A stretch of 63,756 bases of DNA, filler included, from Bigelowiella natans CCMP2755 (taxonomy: Eukaryota > Protista > Cercozoa), in the NCBI GenBank assembly GCA_000320545.1. It is 8 parts of 8 records of this genome, joined end to end, with 100 filler letters (N's around TTAATTAATTAA, not from the genome) between each part and the next. Parts side by side here need not be neighbours in the genome. Positions count along the whole stretch, not along the records: positions 1 to 18,596 come from ADNK01003466.1; positions 18,697 to 46,913 come from ADNK01000292.1; 6 more parts are not named here. One strand, written 5' to 3'. A model generated the notes under the pieces. It saw only the letters and a program-made list of their open reading frames with translations. It did no database searches and was not told where the DNA came from. The position numbers and the translations under genes are program-made. Positions 13,294 to 25,884 of this stretch are shown here, in pieces (position 1 is the first letter of the stretch; each line of letters begins with the position of its first letter).

Positions 13294-13781
13294 GATATTG
13301 TGCATACGAAACCCATCAACAGCGACTCTCATCAGAAGAAAATCGTATTTTCTGCTCTTCAACCTCGAGCACGCCAAGCGCATGATGGAAGGGAACCGGT
13401 GGGTGCCTTCACAACACTTAGCAGACAGAATTAGAAGTGTCTGCTGGCTGCTCTCCATGTAGATTTCGCCTCCCTCGCTAATCCGATGTGCTGTTATCGC
13501 CGATAAATTAGTGGACAAGTGGGTGCTGTTTATCTATCTTGACAAGTTCTCCTTTTTCTCCTCCCCGCCCATGAAGACAAGGTCGGTCGTACGCTATTTA
13601 TCTCCCCCCCTAGAGAGAGATAGGGGGAGGGGGGGGGGGGAATTTGGATGATTGCTATAAGTCCCCTTTGTGACTCAAACCTGACAGCATCATCTACGAT
13701 TGTCTAGTTTTTTTTTTTACTTCATGTGAGCTTTCCCTACTCAATTTAAGGATGTATTCTCTCCCCCCCTCCCCCTCTCTC

Positions 13782-13838
<57 letters not shown>

Positions 13839-15580
13839 TTATCTCTCTCTCTCTATCTCTCTCTTTATCTCTCTCTCTTCGCCTCTCTTACCGCGTACGT
13901 TAGTGTGTGCGAGATTTATGTGTGTGAGAGAGCTCAGCACTTGATGCTCCTACTAATGATATTCTTATACCTTCGCCTACCCCCCTCTCAAATACAGCCT
14001 GGAGACGAATCGGTGTTTGATGCTAAGATATCCAGAGAGGATGGGGCACTGCTTTCTATACCAGGTTGGCTATTAACGGCTACCTCAAATCCTCACCAAA
14101 GCACTAGGAATCTTCGATTGTGGTCTCGAAACACGATGATCCACAATTCTCTTATTCTTTGCTCGATATCAACAGCCGCCAGGCCTCTTTAGCATGGTGT
14201 GGAAGATGGCAAGGTAGCTTCTTCTTTTCACCCCCATTCCCTATGCATCCACGTGAGGAAGTCGATGAGCACATTGCAGTATCAGCGGCAAGTTATGACC
14301 GATGTATTTGGGAGAGGTGGGGGAATCCTAATGGCCAATATTGAAAGATATTTCTACGCGCGCGCGTATTGAGTTGTTTGGTTTGCCTTTTTTTTTTCCC
14401 CAAATCTGCGAGTAATTGTAGATGATGAATGCACTAGTCTCCGGCTCTGCTTGATCGTAGTTCCAATTACCTCCCCCCCCCCCCCCCCTCCCCCTTTTTT
14501 CGTTTTTCTCACAGCCCCTTGATCGACCCCCGAACGAAGAAGAAGATTCAGTTTATGCATGGGTTCGTTTGTCAGGGATATGATGATGATGATCGATCAA
14601 AGCAGCGGATGATGATATTGATTTTTAAGCTTTGCTTGAATCATGCTAGCGATGAATTTATATGTACATATATATATTATGATATATTGTACCCATAATA
14701 TAGTTAGCGAAAAATTCTAGTAGTATTATCTTTCTAAGTATATGATATGTAAGATACGTGTGCATGTGTGTGCGAAAAACAGTAGCAATCGTTTTTGGAA
14801 TAACCTCGCCTTTATCATCTCGAATCTCCCTCCTTCGCCGCCTCGCCTCACCTCCCCTCCCTTTATGTCGTTCAACCCCCTCTATGTGCCTGATTTCTGC
14901 GATGGCCAGCTCCTTCGATAAGGGCTCCGAAAACGACCAAAAGCTTACAGATATCCTCGGTATGGCGAGAGAATCAACACACACACACACACACAGAAAC
15001 ATGACAGCGAGTTGAAAAAAACCCTTGTTTAAAGGTCAATGTGCGCGCGTATGGGCGCGTGTGTGAATTTGCGTGTGCGTGGCAGGTGATAAATGGCGTG
15101 CTTTGGTCGGTGTGGACTCGAAGCACTCAAAGCAGCAAGCGAGGGGATATAACCACAAAGACAACTGGACAACGGTTACAGAGAGAAGATAGTGCGCTCA
15201 GAATCTGCTTGTCAAAAAGCCTCTCTGCGAAGCACCATGCATGCAAACACAAAGCGCGACACATGATGGAAGTACACACATGCCCAACTGCGCTCTTGCA
15301 ACCGCACAGGGACATTCCGTACAGATGATGGTTAGTTTTCTCTTCGCGCAAATGAGGCCGATATGTAGCATGCCTTTCTAATAGACCCCAAGCTTTACAC
15401 ATTATTCCACCCTCCGCCCCTCCGCCCCTACCGTTCGATTCGCTATCTATTATACAGATCAGTAGTCTATACACCGATAAGGGAGGAGAGAAGTCCCCAC
15501 AGCAAGAGGAAAGCGTGGGGGGCAAGGAGGAGGAAAAGCAAAAGGCTGCGGATAATGATGGCCAACTAAAGAAAAGCTAG
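11533..15580 (+). CDS. CRAL-TRIO / Sec14-like lipid-binding protein, multi-exon
   Basis: Exons ..DFCTDEE|LTRFCKARKFEFKK|VFKMIKEAIEWRR|..GKDKYGRPVIVM|..LLFNLEHAKRMM|VDKWVLFIYLDKFSF|..PLIDPRTKKKIQF; CRAL-TRIO-N plus Sec14 pattern; includes a GC-AG intron starting at 11852. Confidence 0.85.
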
Positions 15581-16320
15581 CTCGAAGAGAGGACAGGGGG
15601 ATTGGAGAAACCTAGAAGCTACAAACGGTGATGAAGTGATTTGCAGGATGGGGGATGAATGAGAAATGGATAGCTCCATGACAGCTTTTGAGCACAAAAG
15701 TTTGCTACTCCTCCTTTGCATTTGATAGCAGCTGCCAGCTGCGGATGATGTGTGCGACAAGGACATGACGCGCTCGTTTTCACTGCTGTGCGGGCAGCAT
15801 ATGTGTGAATGATGCAATGAGACGAATGCATGTCTTGTTTAGGAGAGGTCATTGTTGTCATACGTGCACTTAGTTATCACTAGACCACGCAACCATGAGT
15901 GCACATGACATTGGCAATGCATGTCACATGTGCGGTGACTGCAGACACACAGCTAGCTAGCTAGACAGCTGTGTCAGTGTGGGCACAAGACCTGTGCCTA
16001 TGAACAGATCTAGAGATGCAGTTGACAACTTGGCAGGAATGTTGGTCACATATCTAGACATGCTAGCTCTAGAGCTTGGAAAATGCATGCGCGTTTGGTG
16101 CTGGTTGAAGCAACTTTTTTGCCAATCAAACTTTTGTTGTTTGCCCAACTTACATTGAAGCTTTTGCTATGCATGTGCTGCAGCTCAGACAAAACGAATT
16201 GAAAACCAATCTAGCAATGCAAGAATGCCAACCCCTAGAACTAGCAAGGCACATTGCACATTGACATGAAACGATTGAATTTGGAACGTGCTAGCATGTG
16301 CAATTCCGGAATGCGAGAAG

Positions 16321-16611
16321 CTAGCTGTGCATCTTGCTTTCTTGAGCCACATCATCAATGTCAGCCTCGCAGAACTCCTGCAGCGCATCCGCTTCCACTT
16401 CCGCAGCTTTGATCCCCGCTAGCCGCGCTAGCGGACTAGCGGGTGCTGGTTCTGTTGGCACTGGTAAGGTCCTTTCCCACCTTTCTAGCCTCACTTGAAG
16501 TCCTTAACTAGTTGGTCTCCTGCGCTTGCGCTCGTCTTCAGACACGTTCTGTCCTGTTGAATCCTGTCGATCCTCCTGTTGTCGCATCGTCGTTGTCTGC
16601 GTCTTTTCCCG
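16321..16611 (-). pseudogene. Decayed coding relic (about 95 codons with one internal TAA) inside a tail-to-tail spacer
   Basis: Frame EKTQTTTMRQQEDRQDSTGQNVSEDERKRRRPTS*GLQVRLERWERTLPVPTEPAPASPLARLAGIKAAEVEADALQEFCEADIDDVAQESKMHS*; the stop at 16504-16506 could derive from CAA. Confidence 0.3.
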
Positions 16612-17166
16612 TGTGTGGAAGCCAAATCTAAAGGTTGTCGCGCAGCGTTGCCAGAATGCACAAAGCAGGGCAGGCTGGTTTCTTTTGAATTGTGTCTTTC
16701 TAGCTTTGTTAAATCATCAAGTGTTTTGTCATTCGCAACATGCAGCACGCAGCGCATGAGACTCTAGGACTGTGCTCACACGTCTACGTGCATTAAGTGC
16801 AGCACACATCAAGTGTGTTGGCATGAGCCTGCCAAACACAAATCGAAGCACAGACATTCCCCCGCGTGCGACAGCTCTCGCATGCATTATGTCGCACGTG
16901 ACTTTCGGCTGCAAAGCACCACGCGCCAGCTTCTCGTTGCACAGTGATGTGGTCATTCAAAAGAACAAAGCTAGAAAGCAACGCTGGAACGCTTTCGATT
17001 GCCTCGTGGTGCGCCGCCTAGGCGCCACTGCCAGGCTGGACAGACTTGCGGAACACTCGAGCTGCCATCTTCAATGCGCTGGTGCGCATCACAACATTCG
17101 CCACATATCATGGTTCATCAAGTCCAGAAGTGAGCACATTGCTTGTGATGATTGACACCAACAAGA

Positions 17167-18132
17167 TCAACGCGGCAATCGTGCGTTTCTAGATCTTTTT
17201 CGGGTCGCGTTTTCCCTCACCAACGGCAGGGACGAGGAAGGAATCGATCCAACGAAGTTTCCCTTGGAATCATACGAGCTTCTAAGTTTGCCCGTTGCCT
17301 TCTGAAGATAGCGTTCGTCGTCCTCAGCATGCTCCGACCTAGCGACTGGGGCTCGCTGAGGTTGTGTTCCACACATTGAAGAAGAGAGATGAGAATGCCG
17401 CACAAGTATTTTCAGCGACACAAACAGATAAACTCAAACCCCATGCAAGCATAAACATGACCAGACACACGTGCATTGGAAAACCGGTAAAGAACACTAT
17501 TGTGGTGTTGGCTTGCGAATGAAGACACATCAGTGTCATACCTCGAATGCAAACATTGCGATTTCGTTGAAAATGGCCTCGATTTGCTCCGCCTCTGAGA
17601 CCGACTTCGTGCCTCCTTGCACAAACCGCTTCAGCTCGAAGCCGAACGTCTATTTTGTGATTCACTTAGAAAGATCCGCGACTATTCACGGTATCTCTAC
17701 CATCATTCATGCAAAGTATATATACTATAGTTATCGTATGCGTGAGCTCTCGCTCCCCACTTAAATCACTCCCCGCTCTCCTCGCCCCCCAGGAGGACAC
17801 CCCTCCCCACTAATGCACCTCAAAATCGTTGGTCCTCGTAGCCGCATCGAGGCCGATACGGAACGTTCTTTGATCAAAATTGATTTTGGAGGTAACCGCC
17901 TCCTTGCACACCTCTGCAGCAGATATCAGTGACGTGTCCACGTGCAAAAGAGGTGAGTTGACGATTCTAGTTTGCAATGTGTTGGCGCATGTAAATTCTC
18001 TCCACAGCACGGTGTCTATGCTTCGATCCTAAGTGCTATGCAGTGAAGTGCTGAGCACGAGAGTTGTACCAATTATGTTTTCCCACTGTTCTGCGACCTC
18101 ATGAGCAGAAACCACGAGCTCTATCGTTCTGA

Positions 18133-18177
<45 letters not shown>

Positions 18178-18325
18178 ATTATTTGCCTAGATCCACTCAC
18201 ACAACACAACACAACACACACACACTCACACACACACACAGACACACACTCACTCACACTGCATGCATGCATGAATACACACACGTTCTTTCACACAAAA
18301 ACGCCAGTTAACATGCTGAGAGATG

Positions 18326-18361
<36 letters not shown>

Positions 18362-18465
18362 GTAATGCTCACAGACGGGGACTGCACTCACGTAGAGTCA
18401 AAAACTATTTTTCGGAGCTTCATCCTTCGGTACAGCAGATCGATAGCTTTCCACCTTTTACGATT
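17167..18465 (-). CDS. Hypothetical spliced protein, 3' part (5' end lost at gap)
   Basis: Five GT-AG exons join in phase: NRKRWKAIDLLYRRMKLRKIVFDST|TIELVVSAHE|DRSIDTVLWREF..RTNDFE|TFGFELKRFVQGG..AMFAFE|RAPVARSEHAEDDERY..LPR*. Confidence 0.6.
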
Positions 18466-18596
18466 CTGATCACAAGGGAAGACACGTGGCTTAGATTGCG
18501 TTTGCATATGCATCAATATCTACTTTAGTCGTATTATTCGCTTCCTAACCCGTGCCTAATAGGCGATTTCTGCACAAATATAGATACAAAATGCAT

Positions 18597-18696
18597 NNNN
18601 NNNNNNNNNNNNNNNNNNNNNNNNNNNNNNNNNNNNNNNNTTAATTAATTAANNNNNNNNNNNNNNNNNNNNNNNNNNNNNNNNNNNNNNNNNNNN
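18597..18696. other. Artificial contig linker N44-TTAATTAATTAA-N44
   Basis: Exactly 100 nt with a six-frame stop cassette; identical copies elsewhere. Confidence 0.97.
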
Positions 18697-18879
18697 TAGG
18701 TATTGCGCGAGTTGGAATGTATTACGGATGCAGATTTCTCGGAATGCGGGCGGGTGAGAATATGTTTTGGCAGCGCTACGAGTAGTAGTAGAAGTAGTAG
18801 AGATTGAAGTTAATGCATTACTATTTAGAACCACTTCTCATGGGTGGTTCTCTTTTCATACGCGAATAATATTATCATG

Positions 18880-18918
<39 letters not shown>

Positions 18919-19501
18919 TGATGTTTGGCAAAGAAAACGCGGCCATTATCTACATTTAAGTTGGTAATTCTCTTTCTATTATCATTATTTATTATTTATT
19001 GATGTTCCTACCTAGTACCTGGTGACGAAACAATTCAACGGCGTGCAGATGTGGGACCTGAGAAGACTATCAGAGCCTTTTAAGCGGGTAGTAGTAGCAG
19101 CAGCAGTAGTTGTTGTTGTAGTAACAGTAGCAGTATTATCAAAACAGGAGGAATAGCCATCGTCGTGTCTTACATCATCGTTTTATTCTTATGAAGTCGT
19201 TCTTGTTGTTGTTGTTGTTGTTGTTGGCCCCTCATGTTTTGATTCTGTGTAACTTTTCTTACTTTCAGGTGTCGACATGCCAGACGGACCCCTCGTTATT
19301 TGACGAGATGTGCACCAGCGGCTGCCTCGTAGACGATTTCAGAGTCGTCTGCAACGAAAACGCGACTGGGTTCGTGACGGGGACTTACGACAACTTCTTC
19401 ATGATTTACGACGTCAAGGATGACAAGAAGCATTATATCCAGGTGGGAAGAGGATGAGATATAACGATGATGTGAGATTTGGTGAGGGGTGATGACGACG
19501 G

Positions 19502-19533
<32 letters not shown>

Positions 19534-20042
19534 ATTGTCGTGATGTTCATGACACAATCGTGATTGATGATGCTTTGCTATACAATCCACCATCACCAGC
19601 AGCACCTGCAGCGGCGCAGTGATTATTGCCAATAGCATTGTTATATTTTTTAATATTATTGCCATTCTTATTTGTTGATTATGTTTTTCCGATTCCTAGC
19701 GAATCGTCCTGATGATGGGCGCCATTGTGGGGGGCGGACGGCATCCTACACACATTTTGATGATGATAATGACTCTAGGAATAATAATGATGAATAATAC
19801 GCACCTCGCACATGTATGCACACAGGCAAGGCATCAGTATGATCAAAAACAAGCGTCAGCGCCAGTGATGGAGGAGTACACGAAGAAAGTGCTGCATGTA
19901 GACTGGAATAGGAGGAGGTCAGGATGAGCGCTGCCTTTGCTTTAATTCTTAACACTGCCAGCATAATATCACCACCAATGTACACAGATGATCGCTGCTA
20001 CTTCTCGATGTCTATAAAAGAGATTCTCTTTCTTTTTCGAAC

Positions 20043-20093
<51 letters not shown>

Positions 20094-20234
20094 TCCACTC
20101 GCAGGAACGTCGTGTCCGCCGCTTCAGCTCATTCTGTCTACATATACCAGCAGGAGAAAGTCAATGTAATGCCTAACCCCCCCCCCTCCCCCCTTCCGCC
20201 AGCCTATCTTGTTCGATGTTATTGTCAGAGTTGA
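18697..20234 (+). CDS. PP2A regulatory subunit B55/CDC55-like WD40 protein, C-terminal exons (divergent)
   Basis: ..ITDADFSECGR|YLVTKQFNGVQMWDL..|LFDEMCTSGCLVDDFRVVCN..FVTGTYDNFFMIYD|..YTKKVLHVDWN|RNVVSAASAHSVYIY parallels B55 ISDVKFS..GRY..TRDYL..WD, CIFDKF, TGSYNNFF, KKILH..W. Confidence 0.72.
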
Positions 20235-20280
20235 GTGGCTAGTGATTCCCCGTGTCATATGTCTCATATTATGATATGTA

Positions 20281-20317
<37 letters not shown>

Positions 20318-21204
20318 TTTATTTGTAAATGATCGTCGTCAGGCGGAATCCAAGGTCGGAGGATCACGTTCCATGGACATGAAAGCAATGGATAGCTAGC
20401 CGTGATAATGATGATGATGATGATGTTGTGATGAGATGTACGAAGATGATAATTGATGAGGAGCAAGAGAAAGACAATGCGGGCGCGTGTGCATGTGTAT
20501 GCACGAAGTGTCGTGTCGGAGACATCTACGTGCGTCACCTAGCCTATGTAAAGAGGGATGAATCACTTAACTAAACATTTAGCAGGGCGGTCGCATAGTC
20601 GTCGTCATAGCCATGATCACAACATGCATGCATGATGGCGCCATGACATGCATGGTCTGGACGGTGCATTGCAGTTTGTCCTGTCGTGCGTGACTTTGTC
20701 GTGCATGCATGCTATAGACACAGTTTATATATATAATATATAATATATATGATATATACGTATGTCTATTGTGCATGAGTTGCTTCGATCACAACGTAAC
20801 GCGCTCTGCTTGCCATGACGCACGGCTACTGCGCACACATCACATCACACACATGCATAGGCGATGTGCTGTACATGCCAACGTACAAAACAGATCTACA
20901 CACAGACGTGAAGTGAAGCCGACCGGCACTTGTGCATGAGCATGTGCCCACGCACGCAACACGACACCCAGGAGGCACAATGCGCTCACTGTGCGTACGC
21001 GTGCATCGTGTGTTCATGCATGACAATCGTGAGCATGTGTTGTTTGTACAAATGGCGGTGGCGGCGGTGGCAGAGCTATAGAGAGTGCGTGGCTATGGAG
21101 CGCAGCTCTAGAGTTATACCGCCTGTCTTACAGTACCAGATCAAAGTCGATAGGTTGTGTCACCACTCTTTGCTTCCTCAACAATCATCGGTCGATCATA
21201 CGTA

Positions 21205-22121
21205 TCACATGTTATTCTTGGCCTTAGTCAGCCATTCATCAAGAACTGTCGCCGCTTCGGCAGCGTTCGAGCGGCCATATCCTAGTCTGACACGCCCCGA
21301 GCCAAAGGGCGATTGATCCTGGACACCATGGAGCTGATTGCCTGGTAACACATCGTAGCACTCTCCAGGCAGCAAGAGGACGCCACATTCTGAGACAGCA
21401 AGTTCGCAGAACTGATAACAAATTAGTTGATCAGTGTTACTTCTCAGTCGTCTATCAAAGCCATTTCCCATCTTGGTGATTGTAGTGCAAAGGAGCATGC
21501 AAGGACATGGGAGGGGCAGGAGATTATGGGGGGTGAACAAATCGCCTTTTCCCTTTTTATCATTACTATTGTAAAGTCAAGTCGTCGTGCGCCGACCTTC
21601 TCCGCATCGACATCATCTTTAGTTAGCTTGAGCGACGGAAAGGCCGTGGAGCCCCCAGGTGGTTCATACCACGAGAAGATATCCTCATGTTTACCCATTA
21701 CCTGGAAGAAGGGTGAGGAGGAATGAAGGAGAATGAGGAGGAGAAGGAGGAGAAGGAGGAGGAGTAGGAGGAGGAGGAGGAAGGAGAGGAAGAAGAGACC
21801 GGTAGGAAGAATCACCCGTAAACACACAATCGTTCACCACTTGGCAGCAGAGAACAACAGAAAGGATGATAATGACCTGCTCGATAGCCTCGAGGCCTTG
21901 GGCGCAAATCATGCGGCAACGATCCATCAGTCGCTCCCTTTTGTTTCCAATAGGAAATGACATTCCCGGCAACCACTCCATCAGCGATAACATCATTAAA
22001 TATTAAAACATATGCAGGCACTATCAATCACAGTGCCATAGAGTTCCTCCATCGATGAGCGAAATCTTCTTCATTTCGTAATAGGAAAGCAGTACTATGT
22101 GCACGTGTACCAAGCAGCTTG

Positions 22122-22158
<37 letters not shown>

Positions 22159-22494
22159 AAGTACTTACTTTTGGCGAAGGCCAGCAATAGTGAGGATCTC
22201 AGATGGACCAGGACTAGAGCATTGATCAACAGATACCAAAGAATTCATGATGTGCTTATTGCTATTATTATTTGTATGTAAACTTCGTTTGCTCGTGGTT
22301 TCATTTTGAGATTGTTCCACTCGCGCATCCTCCTTCTCCTCATTATCATAATTCCTTAACGAAGTTAATTGCAGCACCTGCAGATGGTCGTATAGTCTTT
22401 CAGCTCCAATACCTACTCATATCAAATACTACAATCATTGCTTTGCGTCTGTTTCTTTTCAGAGCGCTTCCTCTGCCATCCTCGGTTTATGTGT

Positions 22495-22569
<75 letters not shown>

Positions 22570-23666
22570 ACATATGAAACTCCTCATCCTCCTCGTCTTC
22601 AGATAATACAGTCGTTGCGGAAGGTTCTCTTCCCCCCCCCCCCCCGTCCCTGTGTGTGTGTGTCTCTCCCCCCCTCTCTGTGTCCCTAATCCTCAAGGGT
22701 CCTTAAAAAAAAATTTCTGGGCAAACTCATCAAATAAAACCAATTCTGTTTATCTCCAGTCCTTTACCCGCTCGAAGCAATCGTCCAAATGACTGTCACC
22801 CTCTCCCCAGCATAGCCACCTTGGCAGTCGCATCAGTGTTAGAACATAGCGGAATGGGGGCTGGGTATGTATGGGGGCATCGAAGAAGCACAAAATTGTT
22901 CCCTTTTCTCTTCTTCGCTTCAGCAGAGCCCGAGAGCTATCATTTAGTACTTTTCTCCCACTCTACTTCTACTACCACCACCACCACCACCATACCACTG
23001 CCTACCACTACTACTACTGCTAGTGCTGCTGCTGCTACTACAATCTCTAGTACTAATAGTAGTGAAACTAGATAAGACCCTTGGCGCACTCCTGGCATTC
23101 CAAAAACCTGCGACAGTAACAACAACAACAACAACAACAAAAAGATTCCATCATCATTATCAATATCATCGTCATTTTCATCATCATTTTCATCATCCTG
23201 TATTGTTTGAATTATCAGTGCCTTGCTCATGCCCGAGAGAGAGATTCCCCTTTCATAAGCATCACAAATCGCTGGTAGCCTGTCTTCTTCCCTTAGTCCA
23301 TTATTTAAAAATAGCCGTTAGTAATACCGTCATACATCCCAACTGATCACTGTTTTCTATCGTCATTTCGGCACTTGATGATGATGATGATGATGGCGAG
23401 AGTGAGGAGGAGAAGGAGGAGAGGAGGGGCAATGAGAATAATAGATGCTGATGTGATGGAGCTTTAGTGCACAGACGCTGTATGTGCTACTACACGCACG
23501 GGCATGAATTACACAAATATAGCTTCAGTCGTAATATGAGGAAAAGGAAAAAAATATAGGGAGGAGGAGGATTTGACTCACTTGCGCTCCAACCCACGGT
23601 ACATCTAAGAAAACAATAGAGAAATATTACATGCAGACGCACACACTCTCTCTCTCCCTCTCTTTC

Positions 23667-23718
<52 letters not shown>

Positions 23719-24595
23719 TACGAAATGCTACAGATTCCAGGAGGGATGACTTGATTCACACCCTTGTTCTTTATCCGAAGTGAGAAATCCACCAAATTCA
23801 AAAATCAACGCAATAAAAAACAAAAGACGACGGTTTTCTGGGTTGTGATGCTGAGCTGTAGGTTGGATGATTGATGATGATGATGATGATGATGATTGCC
23901 GTAACGCTTCACCACCTCGTCCGAGAATATAGCGATACCGAACTCTCTACACAACGCGACCACACGCTCTAATTCTCCCTTGCTCAGCATACAGCCTACG
24001 GTGGTAGTAATGATGATGATGATGATGATGACGATTACTATTACTATTATCATTATCAAACCAAACACAGTTTTGGTCCCGCGACACGGAAAAAGGATAC
24101 AGTTTGAGGACAACCATCATCACCACTATCACCACCATCGTCATCACCATAATCATCATCTTTGGTGAATACGCACACATCGATTGTGGTTTTGATTTCG
24201 CTTCGGTCTCTTCTTCTACAAGTGCGTAGTCGCTTAACAGTCACTTGCCGCTACCGGTTGGGTTGTGAGGGAAGTTTATCACGAGCAGCTTCACTTGAGC
24301 GCCATCGTCGCGCCGAATAAGAGCTTCCTGTGATGAATGCTGACGATTATCTTCATGCTTTTATATCATTAAAATAGCATGCGTTGTGTGTAAAAGTGCT
24401 TAATATGATTCTATTGTGTTTCTCTACGAGAAATGACCAAATCATCGACATCGAAAAATACTGAGCCAGAGCCATCATCCACCTGATATATACAGTCGTT
24501 GGCAACGAACGACGACAAGTAGGAGAATATGGAATAAGAACCGTCGTTGCGGTGATAGGTGCGATGGTACTTCTCACCGATAACTTGTATATGTA

Positions 24596-24636
<41 letters not shown>

Positions 24637-25672
24637 AAGCATTTAGCGATTCTATTTGCAAACGCAGCAACGATTTCGTTTGCCGGTTTTGGCCCAATTA
24701 TACGCCCGCAGTAATGCTATTTCAGCTCGGAAGATGTCACGTTGTCGATGAGGACGATAACGGTTGAATACCTTCGGGGTCCATGCATCAACGTCGCACC
24801 CTAGATGCACAGCTACTTCTGTGAGGCTTTGGTACCCTGGATATGTGGCAATAACGCGCTGCTGCTGTAGTGCCTCGCCACTTGCATTGTCCCTATTTTT
24901 CTCCAGAAATGCACTGTGGGCATTAGAGAGAGGGGGGGGCGAGAGGAGGGGGAAGGGGGGGAGGGGGGAGAGTGAGATCGAAATTATAAACGAGTCTGTC
25001 TGTCTCTGTTTTGATTTATGGAGATACTACTCCTTTGCTAATGCATTCTATCCTATGCCCCCCCGTCTCCTCCGACGGAAAACAGCATCGTCATCGATGA
25101 TGGGTGATGACCATTCCACTTACGTCATGAACAGATAGATAAGTTCCTGCGGCACCCCAGTCACAGTCTTTGCCTCGCGAGCTGTCTCGTAACAAGCGCA
25201 TATTTCTTCAATGAGCAATGGATGCCCGCGACTCTCTGTGTACGCAAGCTTCAACGACCGCCACATCGTCTATGAAATCATGAGGAATTAGCTCAAAAGT
25301 GGTAGTTGGTAGTTTTATGCACCATCGATTATTGTTCTCAGCTGCCACCACCTGCACCTCCGGGTCAGCCTGTTCAATCACCTCGTGCATATTTATCGGC
25401 TCACAGTCGGACGAGCACAGCATATATGGGGCGGAGAATTCATGCCTAGAACAACAAACGCGTCCAAGAAGGATAAATGAGCACCGGCCGACATCCATGC
25501 CACACAGTGTGCGCTGCGCTGCTGATTCGGACTTAGCAAAGTAGCGCTCCAGCATGAACGGTGCCAGCTTGCGATGGTGTGCCGCGGGGCCAACTTTCGA
25601 CGAGAAGGCACGACTCTGAGAGGAGGATCGCGCCACCTTCCTCCGTGCTCGGCTCTGCAGCAGCAGCATCAT
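21205..25672 (-). CDS. PLP-dependent aminotransferase class I/II (capreomycidine-synthase/VioD-like subgroup) with putative mitochondrial presequence, multi-exon
   Basis: LAPFMLERYFAK|HEFSAPYMLCSSDCEP|LKLAYTESRGHPLL..GVPQELIY|YPGYQSLTEVA|LLVINFPHNPTG|..IFSDE|..VFGMPGVR..|..EPPGGSTAFP|..GVLLLPG..RVRLGYGR; R/S-rich N-terminus. Confidence 0.85.
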
Positions 25673-25884
25673 CGTTGCAGCTGGTTTCTCCTGCACCAGT
25701 GCCACTATTCAGAACAGATGGATAGGCCCCATTTTATCCCTGCGACTTCGTAATAAACTCACGAAAATGCATTCGTTTCTGGGTTTTAGCGCGGTTTATC
25801 TAGTTTAGGGTCGGGATTGGTTTTGACGCCATCTCAAAATCCCTTGCATTTCCATACATTTTTGCCCCAGTCGATCGGCAACGG

